Source of the DNA: Podospora anserina
Lineage: Eukaryota
Assembly: GCA_017654855.1 (NCBI GenBank)
Contig: CM030338.1
Location: 1,488,001 to 1,552,000 of the forward strand
Direction of reading: 5' to 3'
Length of the DNA stretch: 64,000 bases
Positions 1 to 12,581 of the stretch are shown here, one piece after another. Both the position numbers and the translations under genes were made by a program. How positions within the stretch are numbered: position 1 is the first letter of the stretch; each line of letters begins with the position of its first letter. The notes below the pieces were generated by a model. It saw only the letters and a program-made list of their open reading frames with translations, searched no databases and was not told the DNA's origin.

Positions 1-374
1 TGAAGAGGCAGGCTACCAACAGGCAGTATCTCCTCAACCAAGGCTTCAGTTTTTTGTTTAGGTACTATGAAGACAGGCTGGCGGAGGCGGAGAGGAATGG
101 GAGTGCGGGACAGAGGCAGGAGGCGCATTTCAATATGGCGAGGGCGTATTCGCTGATTGGGCTGGGGAATGTGGCGGTGGAGTTTTACAAGAAGGTGTTG
201 GAGGAGCCGCCGGTGCCAAAGGTGGATAGGAGTGATGAGGAGAGGTGGAAGGGGGGGTTGGCGGAGGAGGATTTGAGGGTGGAGGCGGCGTATAATTTGA
301 GGAGTATGGGGTATTTGTTGGGGGATTTGGAGGGGGCGGCGGAGGTGGTGAGGAAGTGGATGGTTTTGGAGTGA
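1..374 (+). CDS. TFC4: RNA polymerase III transcription factor TFIIIC subunit Tfc4 (TPR protein), 3' partial
   Basis: Frame open from window start: KRQATNRQYLLNQGFSFLFRYY...QEAHFNMARAYSLIGL...EAAYNL...KWMVLE*. This resembles the C-terminus of fungal Tfc4/GTF3C3. Confidence 0.85.
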   Translation, partial: KRQATNRQYLLNQGFSFLFRYYEDRLAEAERNGSAGQRQEAHFNMARAYSLIGLGNVAVEFYKKVLEEPPVPKVDRSDEERWKGGLAEEDLRVEAAYNLRSMGYLLGDLEGAAEVVRKWMVLE

Positions 375-3300
375 TTATGAGGAAGGGGGCGGGGGTATGG
401 GGGATATGAGGAAAGGGAAAAGCATGGGATGGCGTTTAGGGGGTAAGATAGGGGGTTTGTTTGTTTTTGTTTTGTTTTGTATTGTTTTTATATACCATGG
501 CATTGTGGGCGGGGATTATTTGGGGGAGGGGGGGGAGGATGGGTGTTTTTATAGGCTGTAGGGCTGGTTATATATTGTTTGCTGGCTAGCTAGTTGAGAA
601 GGAATAATTACTGTAAAATATGTGTCATATGTGTGTGTTTGGTTCTCAAATAACCCGGTCGGTGTCTGTTTGGAAGGGACCTTTTTGTCTTTTATGCAGT
701 TCTAGATTTGGGTTATGTTGATCCAAACTTTTTCAGAGTTCATTCGAGCTTATAATTGAGATATCCATAGTGAACGCTGCTCTCTTTTTCTTTTTTTTCG
801 CCAGCGAGCGCTGCTGTCTATATATTTTTTTTGTTCGTACGCAAGCGCTGCAATATTTTCCATTTTTGTCTACATTCATCGTGAGTAAGCGCTGATGTCT
901 TTTCCAGTCCCATGTTAGGTTTTTCCCAGGCATCGCAGGCGAGCTAGTTCGTTCCCATGCACCGCAGCCGAGCGGGATTGTGGTCAGCAAACGAAGGTCT
1001 ACGTTTGAAGTTGAGGAAACAAGGGTCAAACATGGCGGATTGTGTGCCGCTTGATGCAGCAGAGGCTCGCATTTCTCGCGCAGTCCATCTAGCATCGTCT
1101 CCCCTCTCCTTGTCACGGCTGCTGCTGCCGCGCTTGCTGCCTTCAGCAGCGAGCGGGTGGGCTGGTCTTGTTGAAAGGACTAGCCGGCCTAAGTAGGTTG
1201 TCCAGCGCCGCCAAGTGAGTAAGCTGTCTCTCCGTGGCTGTTGTGGGAAAACATCTCCGGGCAGGGCCGGGTACGTGCTTGGCTATCCTCCTCCGAACCG
1301 ACAAGAGAATGGGCCTTGCGCTGAACTTTGGTGGACGCTTCGTGCCCCCCTCCCGACCCAACAACACAATCACGCTATGACGTTTTCGTTCTTTAGCTGG
1401 AGAAGCTGTTGGAGAGCTGAGCGGCCTTCAGCAGTACCGGGGATCAATGAGCTTTGCAGTGAGGATAGGTAGGTAGGTAGGTCGCTGGGTGAATGGGCAG
1501 TCTTCAATGGTTAGCCGAGAGAGTCGCCAGTAAATGGGAGTTGATCTCTTCCGAGCTTTGGTGAAAATATCTTAAGCTGGGACGACTTAAAGTGTAGGTT
1601 TCTAGATTAAATGTATACAGTGGTGCTAATTGTTGGTTTTATTCCCTTTATGTCGGCAAAGGAAGTAGTAAAGATCTAAATGGATGGTGTTACACGAACC
1701 CGCTTTCTTTATTTTAGGGGCAGGGGCGAGTTCGTTTGGTTCTTGTTTATGAAGAGCTCCTAGCTATTGATATCCCTCGTATGTTGATAAATCCCCCAGG
1801 TCTTCCGGGGTTGACGGACAAATACTCGAGGGAGGCTCTTGCATCATGCCAGAAATAGTAAACATTTAGACATTCACCGAACCCCAGTCCACGTCTATGC
1901 CCACCCCCTTCGTAAGCGGAGCTGTCACTGTTGACACTGGGTGATACACCAGATATCTATCTGGTTTTGTTGGATAAATATTCTTCCAATTCTACACTGT
2001 CTTTTAGAGAGAAAGGTTTGCGAGCAAATCAGGGGTTCTTGATGTCTGCCGCCTAATCTTGGGAGAGAGCTGGAATCGTCTTCAAATAGCGAAATGATAT
2101 ATTTAACAGTATTTTCTAAATCATATCTGATCGCTTAATTTTGGGATTTGCGTTCTCTTTTATCAAGCCTGTGAGGTACTAGTAGTCTGATGTTACGCCG
2201 CAGTAGTGGTTCTCAGCCAAGTTTGAACATCCGTTTCGTAAGAGCCAGATTCAATGGGAAAAGAAAAAGGGCACGAGGGAGACAATGCAAAGCTTTCATG
2301 ATGAGAATCTCCTCAAGTAAGCAGGCAAGCCAGTTCGACATTTGAGTCACGAGCAGGGTGTTCGCCGTTGCCCCAAACTACTCGTTCTTACCCGGTGTCC
2401 TCTTTTTTCCCTTGGTTTGTTATCTCAACAAGAACGAAGAATCAGCAGGGCCCAATATCTGGAACGTCATGAAGTGATGGGCTAAGAAGAACGATTTGTT
2501 TCTTCCTCTGGAAAGTTCCTGTAATTCTCGCCTTCCTGGGCAAAGCTGTCCCTGTCTCTCTGTCCTGAACTGGATCCTACATATCAAAGACAGTCGACAG
2601 GCCGGTAGCTATGGTAGCATCTACAAACAAACGCATGCGCAAAATCCCAACGCTTAGGTGAATGCAACGCAATGTTTGTTGTGTGCCATGATCAATGCAG
2701 GCCCCAATGCTGCGCCCATTTCCCATCCGTTCCATGCCCCAAATCCCTCCCCGCCCCTCAACCTTCATCATGTTGCATCTTGGCCATGTCCTGTTTGCGC
2801 CCTGTTTCCGAGGTATCCCAGCACTCGCCAGTACTGGTAAAAATGCCATGCCTCGTCCTGACCTATCCACCCCAAATCTTTCCCTCGCACAACATCCCGA
2901 AGCCCAGCAGGAAGCTCAAATCCACAGTGAAGTTCCGGGGAAAGAAAAAAACACGAATGAAAAATGTAGAACGAGAGAGAACGAGAGACGGGGTATCCTT
3001 CCTTTCCTTGCCTTCCCTAACCTTTCCTTTTTTGCAACAGTTGTATGTTGCGAATTCCGACCGATCCGTTCAATTTCCTTGACCTTTGCCTTCCTCCTTT
3101 CCATCTCCCAACTTGACAGTAAAAAAAGAACAACATGGTATATCGACTAATAACGAAACAACATCAAACCCCCCCAAAAAATTCCAAAACACAACGCCAT
3201 GCCGTATCATAACCTCCTCAGTAACACGGTAACCCCTGCACCACGTGCCAAAACACCTTTTCACCCCCGTCAAATGCCTCACACCTCTTGCTTGCCCACA

Positions 3301-3512
3301 CGCGCCATCAACCCCAACTCCTAGAAGAAAAGCGCAACTCCGGGCTCGCTCGGTTTCACTAAAAAAAAGTTATGCGTATATACTACAAATAGACCGTCGT
3401 GTTGAAGGTGTTGCAAATGCGTGAAAAAAGGTATGTGCAGAGAAGATAATCGTAGTGTTTCTTGGGATGGTGTTCGAAAGGTGTATTTCAAAGTAGAGCG
3501 CCCAAATACGTC

Positions 3513-5186
3513 TCACCCAGGGCCACCTCGTCGTCGTCTTCCCCTGCTTGGTCCGTCGGGCCGTTGTGAAAGTACATCGCGGAGTAGTGGGTCGTCTTTA
3601 TCCTTGTCAACGTGGTGTACACGAACGTGTCTATAACCCCGGTTAGCAGCAGGTTCCATCCAAGATGGAGCGAGAAAGCGAACTCACCTCTGAAGATTGT
3701 CTGGTCTTGGATACTTGTGCTCTCTGTCAGGGCAAAATGGACACACATATCCCGGTGAATCATGGACCAGACCGTGCCGTATCATTTCGTTTTTGCGTTT
3801 GAATCCTTTGCCTCCCTCGCTACGGGGGCACCCCGCAACAGGGCAATAATGTGGCCGGGCAGAAGAGTGTACATTGGCGTGGGAGTTCAACAGGTACTGA
3901 GTAGCAAACGGCTGGGCGTTGCACCCGCTAAATTTGCAGACATAGGTCCCAATGTGTGTGACGCCCTCCAGCGGTATCGAACCTATTCGGTCGATGCTAT
4001 TATGATTAGAATTATTTGCCCCGGGGGTGGAGGCCGATTGCTCAGAACCGGGAGTGGCCGTTGAACTGCTCGCATAGTCGGATTGCCGAGGATGGCTGCC
4101 CATCTGTGCATAATACCCACCATAGGTCCCTGGAGGGCTTGCTGCTGGGTGTACAAGAGAGTGGCTCGGGGAAAGGGGTCCCCGAAAACTGTCAACTGGT
4201 GACAAAGGTGGCGGCGAGCCATGGCCGCCTAATGAAGGCAATCGCGGCGTGGTGGCAGGAGGAGACCGTGGGAAGGTAGCAGACCGCATTCTCTCATGCT
4301 CAGCAGCAACGTTGTTGCGAAGCTGATTGATGTCCCCAAAAGTAGATCGGATGGACGGAAGCGTCGGTCCGTTGTTCTCAAACCTCAGCGAGTTAAGCTT
4401 GAGGGGGGCCAAACCTTCGCTGAGGGTTGCCGATGTGATACTGTTGCTGGGAGAATGGTGACCTTGCTCGCGAGGAGAGATAGGGCCGTATGGAGGCACC
4501 GGAGGCGGTGCTGATATGGCGGCAGGGCGTTCATCCCGGAAGGAGTTTGATCGCACCGGTATTACCGGCGCCTTGAGTACTGGTGGTGGTGGTGCCGGTG
4601 GTGCCGGTGGTGGTTGTGGTCTTTGTAACCCAGAGCCAGCCTCAGTATCAGGTAGCTTCGTTTCCGTGGCGGTAGGGGCTTCAGGTTGCGCGTCCGTGAT
4701 AACTGCAGCCAAGGCACCTGCCGCCAGACTTTTCAAATCGAACCCTCCCAAACTCTCCAGCCCAGGCGGATCAACAGACATTCTCGAGCTCGTGTATGTC
4801 CCCCCGCCTTTGTCGTTGTCCCTGCCAGACTGTCGGCCCCCCGGCGAAACGGCGCTGTTTAAAGAGCCGGTGTCGTCGATGAGATCGGTATCCGCGGGAG
4901 ATTCGGGCTCGCATGGCAAACCGTTCACGCTGGCTTGGAGGGCGATGTCGTGCTGCCGATGGTTGTCCAGGTAGCTAATCAGGATCCCATCGCCCAAGGT
5001 TGGTCTCGGCATCCGAACACGCGGTTTCTTGTCACCAAAGCTAGAAGCGGAACTGATGGACTGGGGCGAGGTGATCGGCGGCGGGCTCGGAGTCGGCGGT
5101 CGGAGCGTAGGACGAAGCGGCTGCAAGAGCGGGCTGTTCCTAGGCAGGACTTCATCGGGGTCATACAGGTCGCTATCTGTATTCAT
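3513..5186 (-). CDS. C2H2 zinc-finger transcription factor (three fingers at the C-terminus)
   Basis: ORF 3684-5186 has a Pro/Ser-rich N-terminus and fingers CKFSGC..HANVH, CPVAGC..HGLVH, CPFC... The intron 3631-3687 (GTGAGT..CTAAC..TAG) completes the last finger RHVRVHH and leads to TGA at 3513-3515. Confidence 0.9.
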
Positions 5187-5496
5187 AGCTTCGTGTATGC
5201 TCGAAGGTCCTACTCACGGGTGGATGGGTGGTTGATGTTGCATCAGCTCGCCATCGATGTCGGGTCGATGGCGAGGGCGGCAGGTCGAGGTGATGGCTAG
5301 TGGGCAACCCTATATTCCTCCCCCTCACTTCTCTCCCTTTAGAGCTGGGATCACAGAGGGCAGCTCGAGGATTGGAATGTTGGTGTCCCGCCTGCAACAA
5401 AGACTCACACCGCGTCAAGTCCTCCCGCTGGGCCGATGGCAGGGTAAGGGGACAGAGCATGTAAGAGCCGCAAGACGCAGCCAAGAAAAAGAACGA

Positions 5497-5523
5497 CAAC
5501 AACAACAACAACAACAACAACAA
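5497..5523. repeat. (CAA)n microsatellite in the presumed 5' leader of the C2H2 gene
   Basis: Run of caacaacaa... visible directly. Confidence 0.9.
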
Positions 5524-8052
5524 GGCAAGGCACTCGAAGCTGGGCTGGTAAAGAAGCCGGGTGTGTTACGCGACGGCAACGGGGAGCGGTGGATGAAAGC
5601 ACGGAAAACGACCTCGCGACGGCTGGATGGAGCGGGGGTCGTAAATTGCGATCAAGAAGTGAGGAGTGAGGAGTGAGGAGGGGGGAGGGGGAGGGGGCTA
5701 GGCCTGCGTGTCCTCTCAAGAATGCGGCTCAAGCTGTGACGAGCGGTTGAAAGTGTATGGGTGCTGGGTTGGTTTGGGCCAGGGTGCAGTATATTAAACC
5801 TGGGGGTTGGGCGTATAAGTGTCCCGCATATATGGCCTTGGGTCCAGAATGACAATGCCAGCAGCGGAAGAAGTCGACTGAAAAAGGCACGGAGGGAAGA
5901 GGAGAGGTTCCCTTCTTTAAGCCGCAATGGCAGCCAGCAAGGGCCTAGGAGCGGAGGATGCACCGCAAGCTCCAACAGCTGGGGTCGGGGAAGGAAAGGC
6001 CAGAGCCAATGCGTGCAGGATTGACGGCTGATGGCCCACGGTTAAGAGTGGAGGAGGCGGGGGGATGGAGCCGCTAACAGGGGGCAGCTGAGGAGGTTCT
6101 TTGGGGAGGCTCCACTGGTTAGCAAGAGCTATAGCCCGACTTCCCGACCACACACGCACTGGACTCAACCTCACCTCGCTCGTCGGGTCCTGGTCCTCAA
6201 AGATGGACGGGATATCCGTAGTGTATGGAGATATTGGTGGATTGGGATATGCCCCGGTGTTTTGTGAGCCGGGCAGACAGGCAATTTACTAGACAAAGAG
6301 ACTGTCCGGCGATAGAGATGGCCAGACAGCAACCCGTGGTTGTCGTGCTCTCTTGTACCTTGCTGGACCCCGAGTGAGTGGTTGAGGCTCTTTTACGGCA
6401 GTGAGTACAAAGGCGCCGCCCGTGGGTCTTGATGTACTGATGGAGCTAGGGCTCGCGGCGGCTCGGTAATTAGGGAATGGATCGCGCAAACGACCGAGCT
6501 GGCCAACACAAATGCAACACGCCGATCCTGTGAACCCTGATTGTTTCCCGGGGAGATCATTCAAGAAGAATCAAGACTTTTGACAAAAGTTGACAAACCT
6601 CAACGGAAACGAACGAGAGGGCTCTGGAAAGGCGGCGGGGAAATGCTTACTGTTGGGTTACCTGACCAGGATAGGGAGCCACGGGCAGATGCTTCGCTGC
6701 AAATCAGCAGGTGAGTGCTACTTTACCTTGTGATACTGCCTCCTCTTGTTCCATCTGATGAACCTCTGCTGCTTCCACGCGTGCAACGCGAACCAGACGG
6801 ACACTGACGGACTTGGCTGCGCGGTCGTGATCACTTGGACAGATCCGAGTCGGAGTTTAACTTTAGCTGCTGGCCCTAACCATCTCGCCCAAAGTGAGCG
6901 CGTCATCACAAGCTGGAGCTGGTAGAGTTTTCACCAAGTGGAGGCACGACCACGAGATACGAGCGGAAGGAATGTGGGGGGAGGCTCGCTCTTGCAGCTT
7001 CCCAGCAGCTTCCCTCATCCATCATGCTTCGACCATGGCTACACGCGCGTCCTCGCCGCCTTTTGGACATGCACCCATTCAGTCGTTAACACCTACCTCC
7101 TTGGGCCATCGGCAGAGGGGAAGGTGGGGGAAGGGGGGGGTGGGGGGGGGTGGGCAATCGACCAAAGAATGAAGGAGGTTTTCTGCCATTCCCACCTGCC
7201 TTGGCTACAAAAGAGGATCGAGCCCAATATCTCGTCACTGACGGGCAGCCCACTCCTTTCCTTCCGCCATTCCATCCTCACCAACGGCAAGTGCAGCTTC
7301 TCAAATGGCTCGAGAGTGGTGAGATTTCCCCCACAGCGGGGCAGCACAGAACTCCAAGATTCTCTCTCTCACCTTCAACAAGCCGCTGGTTGGGAAACTC
7401 AGCCTCAACGCCGTGCGTGGTCAACAGAGCAGCATCATGTTACGGATCCGCCCGCACTTCCACTCTTGATTCACCAGCCTCTTCCTTCATCAACTCCGAT
7501 TCCTATCTACATATAAGCCGACCGCAGTCCGGATCCTTCAACATCGGCACCTTCACTGTCCCATCACGATCGTTGGCAGCATCTCCTATGCGGGTCACGC
7601 CGTTGGGGATAGCAAGGCTCGCTGTCCAATCATGACTGGCAACACTCACGCTCCCGCTGCAACAGGGACGGCACGTACCTCCACCATAGCGTTTCCTTCC
7701 GACATCGTTTTCGACTTATTAGCGACTGTCCTGACCCAGCTGCGGGCTTGCCTTGGGTATCCGTAATGAGTGGCCTCGCTACCCTGAAGCAAGAGGCCTC
7801 TCGCAGACAGACGACAGAGAGGCCATCTCGCTTCTCTGTACCACGTCGGGCCTGGTGGTGTGGTCGGTCCTGCGTTCGGCTTGGTGTGTGCTGCCGGTGA
7901 TATGTCATCGGCATTCCGACAGCACTTGTAAAGCCCGCAACTCGTGGGCAGCAATAATCCCAGTGCTTCATCAAGCCCAGTTCGTTCCACAGCTGCAGCG
8001 GTGAGGCTCGTCTACCATGCTGCTTCCAGATTTTCAAACCCCGCCGTTTAGA

Positions 8053-8076
8053 TGTGTGTGTGTGTGTGTGTGTGTG
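8053..8076. repeat. (TG)n microsatellite
   Basis: tgtgtgtg... run visible directly. Confidence 0.9.
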
Positions 8077-9312
8077 ACACCTGCTAGCCCCAGCCCAGAA
8101 GAGCAACCGTGGTTGGGCAACGAGACCAGCACGCACGCACACGTGTTACACCCAGACAGAGACGCCGTGCAGATATATCGAAACTTGACTTTAGCCGGAC
8201 CCGGACGCTAGCTTACATGGCTGCTGCTCGTGGACGAAAGCCGCCAGATGGAAACAGGGCAAAAGTGCCACAAAGCCCGAGAGGGGAGGGGGGGTACGAT
8301 TGACGTTGTAAGTGGGAGCCTCATTTGCTTTTTGTGACGACGAGTACCCAACGGAGCGCCCGACATGTGTACTCGTACGTGTCCCTCGTTGCCTCTGTCA
8401 CAGAGCAGACCCTTCTCTTAACGATCGGAAGAGGGTCGTTTTGTTACCTCCAGTTCATTTGTGCGAATGAGCGATATTATTCCCCAGACTAGATGCTTTG
8501 CCGTCTGGTGTGCGGCATTTCTACCCCGCGACTTATAGAGTCGAGCAAGGGAGCAAGAAGTGTGGTGCCGCAGCATGTTCTGCTTGGGCATTTCCCCGCA
8601 ATTTCGAGATTCTGGGGTATTATATTGCTACGTGACAAGCCTTGACAAGCCTCGAGCAATTTGCCATTCCGCTTGCTTCGAGCAACTCTGGTGATCGGTC
8701 GTCAGCGGAAGAGGCAAGCCCGCTGAAATGTCCAGATACGTCACTTTCAAGCAGAGCGCCATCCCAGGTCCATTTCCATGGCCCAAGGGGTGGCACGGCA
8801 GGTGTGTAAACCATGCGGTGGAGACCAAAAAACAGTTTGATGCTGTGCAATGGAATGTTTCTTTAGTTTTTGGCTCAAAATTGGCGGTGTTGTGCATGGC
8901 CGGGCAACCCTGGTTGATGTTTTTGGCGTGTAAGTGAGAAAGAGGCTGCTGAGGTCGTCTTTTGATTTTCCAGATCTGTATGTAGATGTGTCTGGACTGT
9001 GAACTTGATCGAGTAGCATGTACATGCGGACGAGAGATTTGTCACTCATAGTAACAACTTCCATCACGGAAACAGATCCTCTGGCTTAGGACGTCAACCC
9101 TGGGGAGGGTTATGCCGGCCAAGTTGTCGTCAGTCCAATTTGATGACAAGAAAAAAGCAACTGACATCATCACCTCGGCTCTCGCAAGAGCTACCCTTTT
9201 GTTTTCATAACAAACCTAACCCATGACAATTTTTTAGCCTCCTTCTTGGCTGAGCTGAGCCTTATCGAAACCCGAACAAAAACCAACCAACCCATCGGCA
9301 ATCCACTTACAC

Positions 9313-9396
9313 GCTGTTGCTGCTGCTGCTGCTGCTACTGCTGCTACTGCTGCTACTGCTGCTGTGGAAAAAGTGGACTCCACTTTCCGCATACGT

Positions 9397-9428
<32 letters not shown>
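9313..9428. repeat. Compound microsatellite: imperfect (TGC/TAC)n followed by (CT)n
   Basis: tgctgctgc..tactgctgctac at about 9315-9364 and ctctct at about 9401-9428. Confidence 0.9.
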
Positions 9429-9968
9429 TTAGTTGTTCTCAAGTGAGGGGAAGCGGAGTTCTTGAAACTTGGACAGCTTTTGGGAGCAGCTCCGAAGTCG
9501 CAAATTTCCAGAAAGATGGGATTTTGCGGTTATTTATTATGGGATTTGTAGATTATAGAAGGAAGGGAAATGATGGAATTTCAGATGGGGACGGGAGTGT
9601 AGGTGCTCGGCAACCCCTCGGCCCGGTGACCGGACTTGGCGGTAGGTCAATAGGACGTCGGAGACCACCGCTCGGTGTTGCTCGGCCGCGGGGAAGGGAT
9701 GCGGGAGCGGGGGAGATGCAAAAGATACCTAGGCTCCGGGAGACGGGAATGCACGCTCGGGACGATGTCGGGTCACGCCACTTGGATTTAAAAGGCTTCT
9801 AGAAAGAAAAATAATACTCTGGGTTCTTCTCTTGATAATACCATTGTTGATTATTGCAACGAAAGATAAATTCAGGGGTAGGTTTGTGGTGACGTTGTCA
9901 TGGCTAAGATGACCACCTCGACTGAAGAGTACGGCGACTAACTAGTGCAACAGACAGACATCATCATC

Positions 9969-11388
9969 ATGGCGGAAGCAATCCCAGAGACTATGAAAGC
10001 GGTGGTGTTTCACGGGCCGAAGAAGGTCGCCGTGGAGGAGAGGCCTGTTCCTAAGAGTATGTCTTTCACTCACTCACGCTCGCTCACTCACACCGTCACC
10101 ACATTTCGGTTGTCTTATGAGAACCCTCTCGTTTTCATTGGCATATATACCCATCATGCCACCCAACACACTCTTGAACGTGGAAAATGCTGACATTACA
10201 CCACAGTTAACCACCCCCTCGACGTCCTCGTCAAAGTAACCGCCACCGCCCTCTGCGGCTCGTAAGCCCCCCCTCCCCTCCGCCTTATCCCTCCCCCCCC
10301 CCCTTATCTCACTAACCCCCCTCTCCGCAGCGAACTTCACGTCTACCGCGGCCACCAACCCTCCCCAACAGGCTTCATCATGGGCCACGAATTCGTAGGC
10401 CACATCGTCGCCCTCGGCTCAGCCGTCACGTCCCTCAAAATCGGCGACAAGGTCGTCTCCCCCTTCACAACCTCCTGCATGAACTGCTTCTACTGCAACC
10501 TAGGCTGCTCCTCCCGCTGCGCCCACTCCCTGTTATTCGGCTCTGAAAAGTTAGACGGCGCCCAGGCCGCGTACGTCCTCGTCCCGTTCGGCCCAGGAAC
10601 CCTAACCGTCGCTCCCCCGTCCGATATCATCCCCGACCGGGCCCTCATCCTCATGGCGGATATTTTTCCGACGGGGTACTTTGGCGCAAAGAACGCGTTT
10701 AGTCAGCTGCAGAAGCAGGAGGCGACAGAGGCGACGGTGGTGGTTATTGGGTGTGGGCCTGTGGGGTTGTGTGCGATCATCAGTGCGATGGAGTATAAAC
10801 CCAAGAAGCTTTTTGCTGTTGATGGGGTCAAGTCGAGGTTGGAATTGGCGAGGGGGCTCGGGGCGGAGCCGTTGGATTTGAATGAGCTTGGTAGGGAGGG
10901 GATTGTAAAGAGGGTGAGGGAGGTGACGGAGGGGAGGGGGGCGGACGCGGTGGTGGAGGTTGTGGGGTTGAGTCCTGCGTTGAGGACCGCGTTTGAGGTG
11001 TTGAGGCCGTTTGGGGTCGTGAGTAGTATTGGGGTGCACAATGGGGAGATTCCGTGGGGTGGGGATGAGGCTTATGGGTGAGTTCTGTGAGAGTACGACT
11101 GAAAGAGGGAACAAAAGGCTGACGATGGGGGATAATAGTAAAAACTTGAGGGTTCAAATGGGACGGTGCCCTGTCAGGTCGATCTTCGAGGAGGCGCTGC
11201 CTGTTCTGGCCAAGAACCAGGATCGGGTGAGGTATGTTACTTTGCTGCTGCTCCTGGGAGATGGTGGGTGAGATGCTGACGATGAGAATAGCTTCATGTT
11301 CGACAAGATCATGCCCCTTTCCGATGCAGTGGAGGGTTACGACCTCTTTGACAACATGAAGGTGCAAAAGGTGATTTTCGAGCCTTAA
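9969..11388 (+). CDS. Zinc-dependent alcohol dehydrogenase (MDR family, FDH-like)
   Basis: Five exons. Introns 10057-10206, 10262-10330, 11078-11138, 11232-11291. Motifs LCGSELH, GHEFVG, structural Zn CxxCxxC..C, ADIFPTG, Rossmann GCGPVG. TAA at 11386-11388. Confidence 0.92.
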
Positions 11389-11455
11389 GTCCTCTCCCTC
11401 TCCCCTTTCCACTACTGTAATAACAATGAAAAAAAAATATATATATTAAAAAAAT

Positions 11456-11941
11456 TCAATTCTGCCTCGGCTTCACCAACCCATCATGCATCCAGTAATA
11501 AGTAACAGTCGAATCATCCTGCACCGTAGCCAACAACACCCTCTTCCCCCTCCTCGACCCTTTATACGCCAACCAGGGTGACCTCTCCTCCTCCTCCTTT
11601 GTAATCTCCCTCGACCTAGGCGGTCTGGCGTCCAAAGCATCAAAAACGGCGGCGAACTGAGCTGGGGACCATTTCTCCGAGAGGTGGAGAGGTAGAACCC
11701 ATTCTAGCTCTGCCTCCTGCGGGATACCCGCCCCCCCGTTGCCCATTTCTTTTTCTGCTCTGATGATCTCCACCTGCTCGTCCGGGTGGACGTAGAGGCG
11801 TTTGGGGGGCAGGCCGTAGAGGAGGGTCCGGGGGAGGTTGGGCTGGGTGTGGGGGTGGAGGGCGGTCCAGTCGTGTTGGTGTTGGAGGTTGTTGAGGACT
11901 ATGGCTGTGAGGGCCGAGGTGCGTTGGTTGAGGGTAGTCAT
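11456..11941 (-). CDS. SEN15: tRNA-splicing endonuclease subunit Sen15
   Basis: 161 aa with NLQHQHDW, GLPP..YVHPDEQ, EWVLP and LLATVQDDSTVTYYWMHDGLVKPRQN, typical of Pezizomycotina Sen15. Confidence 0.88.
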   Translation of the reverse strand: MTTLNQRTSALTAIVLNNLQHQHDWTALHPHTQPNLPRTLLYGLPPKRLYVHPDEQVEIIRAEKEMGNGGAGIPQEAELEWVLPLHLSEKWSPAQFAAVFDALDARPPRSREITKEEEERSPWLAYKGSRRGKRVLLATVQDDSTVTYYWMHDGLVKPRQN

Positions 11942-12581
11942 TTTGGAGTATCTGGGGTGGTTAGTTTTGAGTTTGGTAGTGTTGAGGGGTGAAGGGTGAA
12001 CTCACATGGATGAGAGGGGTTGTGAATTTGTGAGATGAAATCCTCACTCTCACTCACAAATAATGAATTTTAGTGGACTTTTTGGTGGTGGTGGTGATGG
12101 GGCCCTTGACGTTGGAAGAACGTCCAGGCGGGAAGCCACTGTGAATTGTGGGGCCTGATCCCCTGAGCAAAAGTGGGGACACGGTCTAGGGACTTACTTA
12201 CAACACCTTAACCATGGGATTCTTTTCCTGGAAGACTTGTCGTCAAACACCTGGCTTCTCGGCCATAGTAAATACACTTGAGCATCTGCTATAAGCTTAT
12301 TGTTTATCCAGTTGATCCAAGAAGACAGTGTTATATGCTCGGCTCTGTTAGACCACCTCAACAGACATTCATTGTCCCAAGAACCATGATTTCTCAACCA
12401 TCATCAATTACACCCTCATGACTAAACCAATCTGATCTCCTTCAGTAAAGCTTCCAAAAACATGTACAAAAATTCCAAACCTTCTTCCCTTGTCAAAGGC
12501 AAGCCATCACTAGAACACCTTCAAACTCCATCCCCCGGCCCACAACTCCTAGTCTATCTAAACCACCCAAATCGCAGAACC

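Noticed and set aside
9246-9802. Poly-Cys and poly-Leu ORFs
   Set aside because: Translations of the TGC and CT microsatellites.
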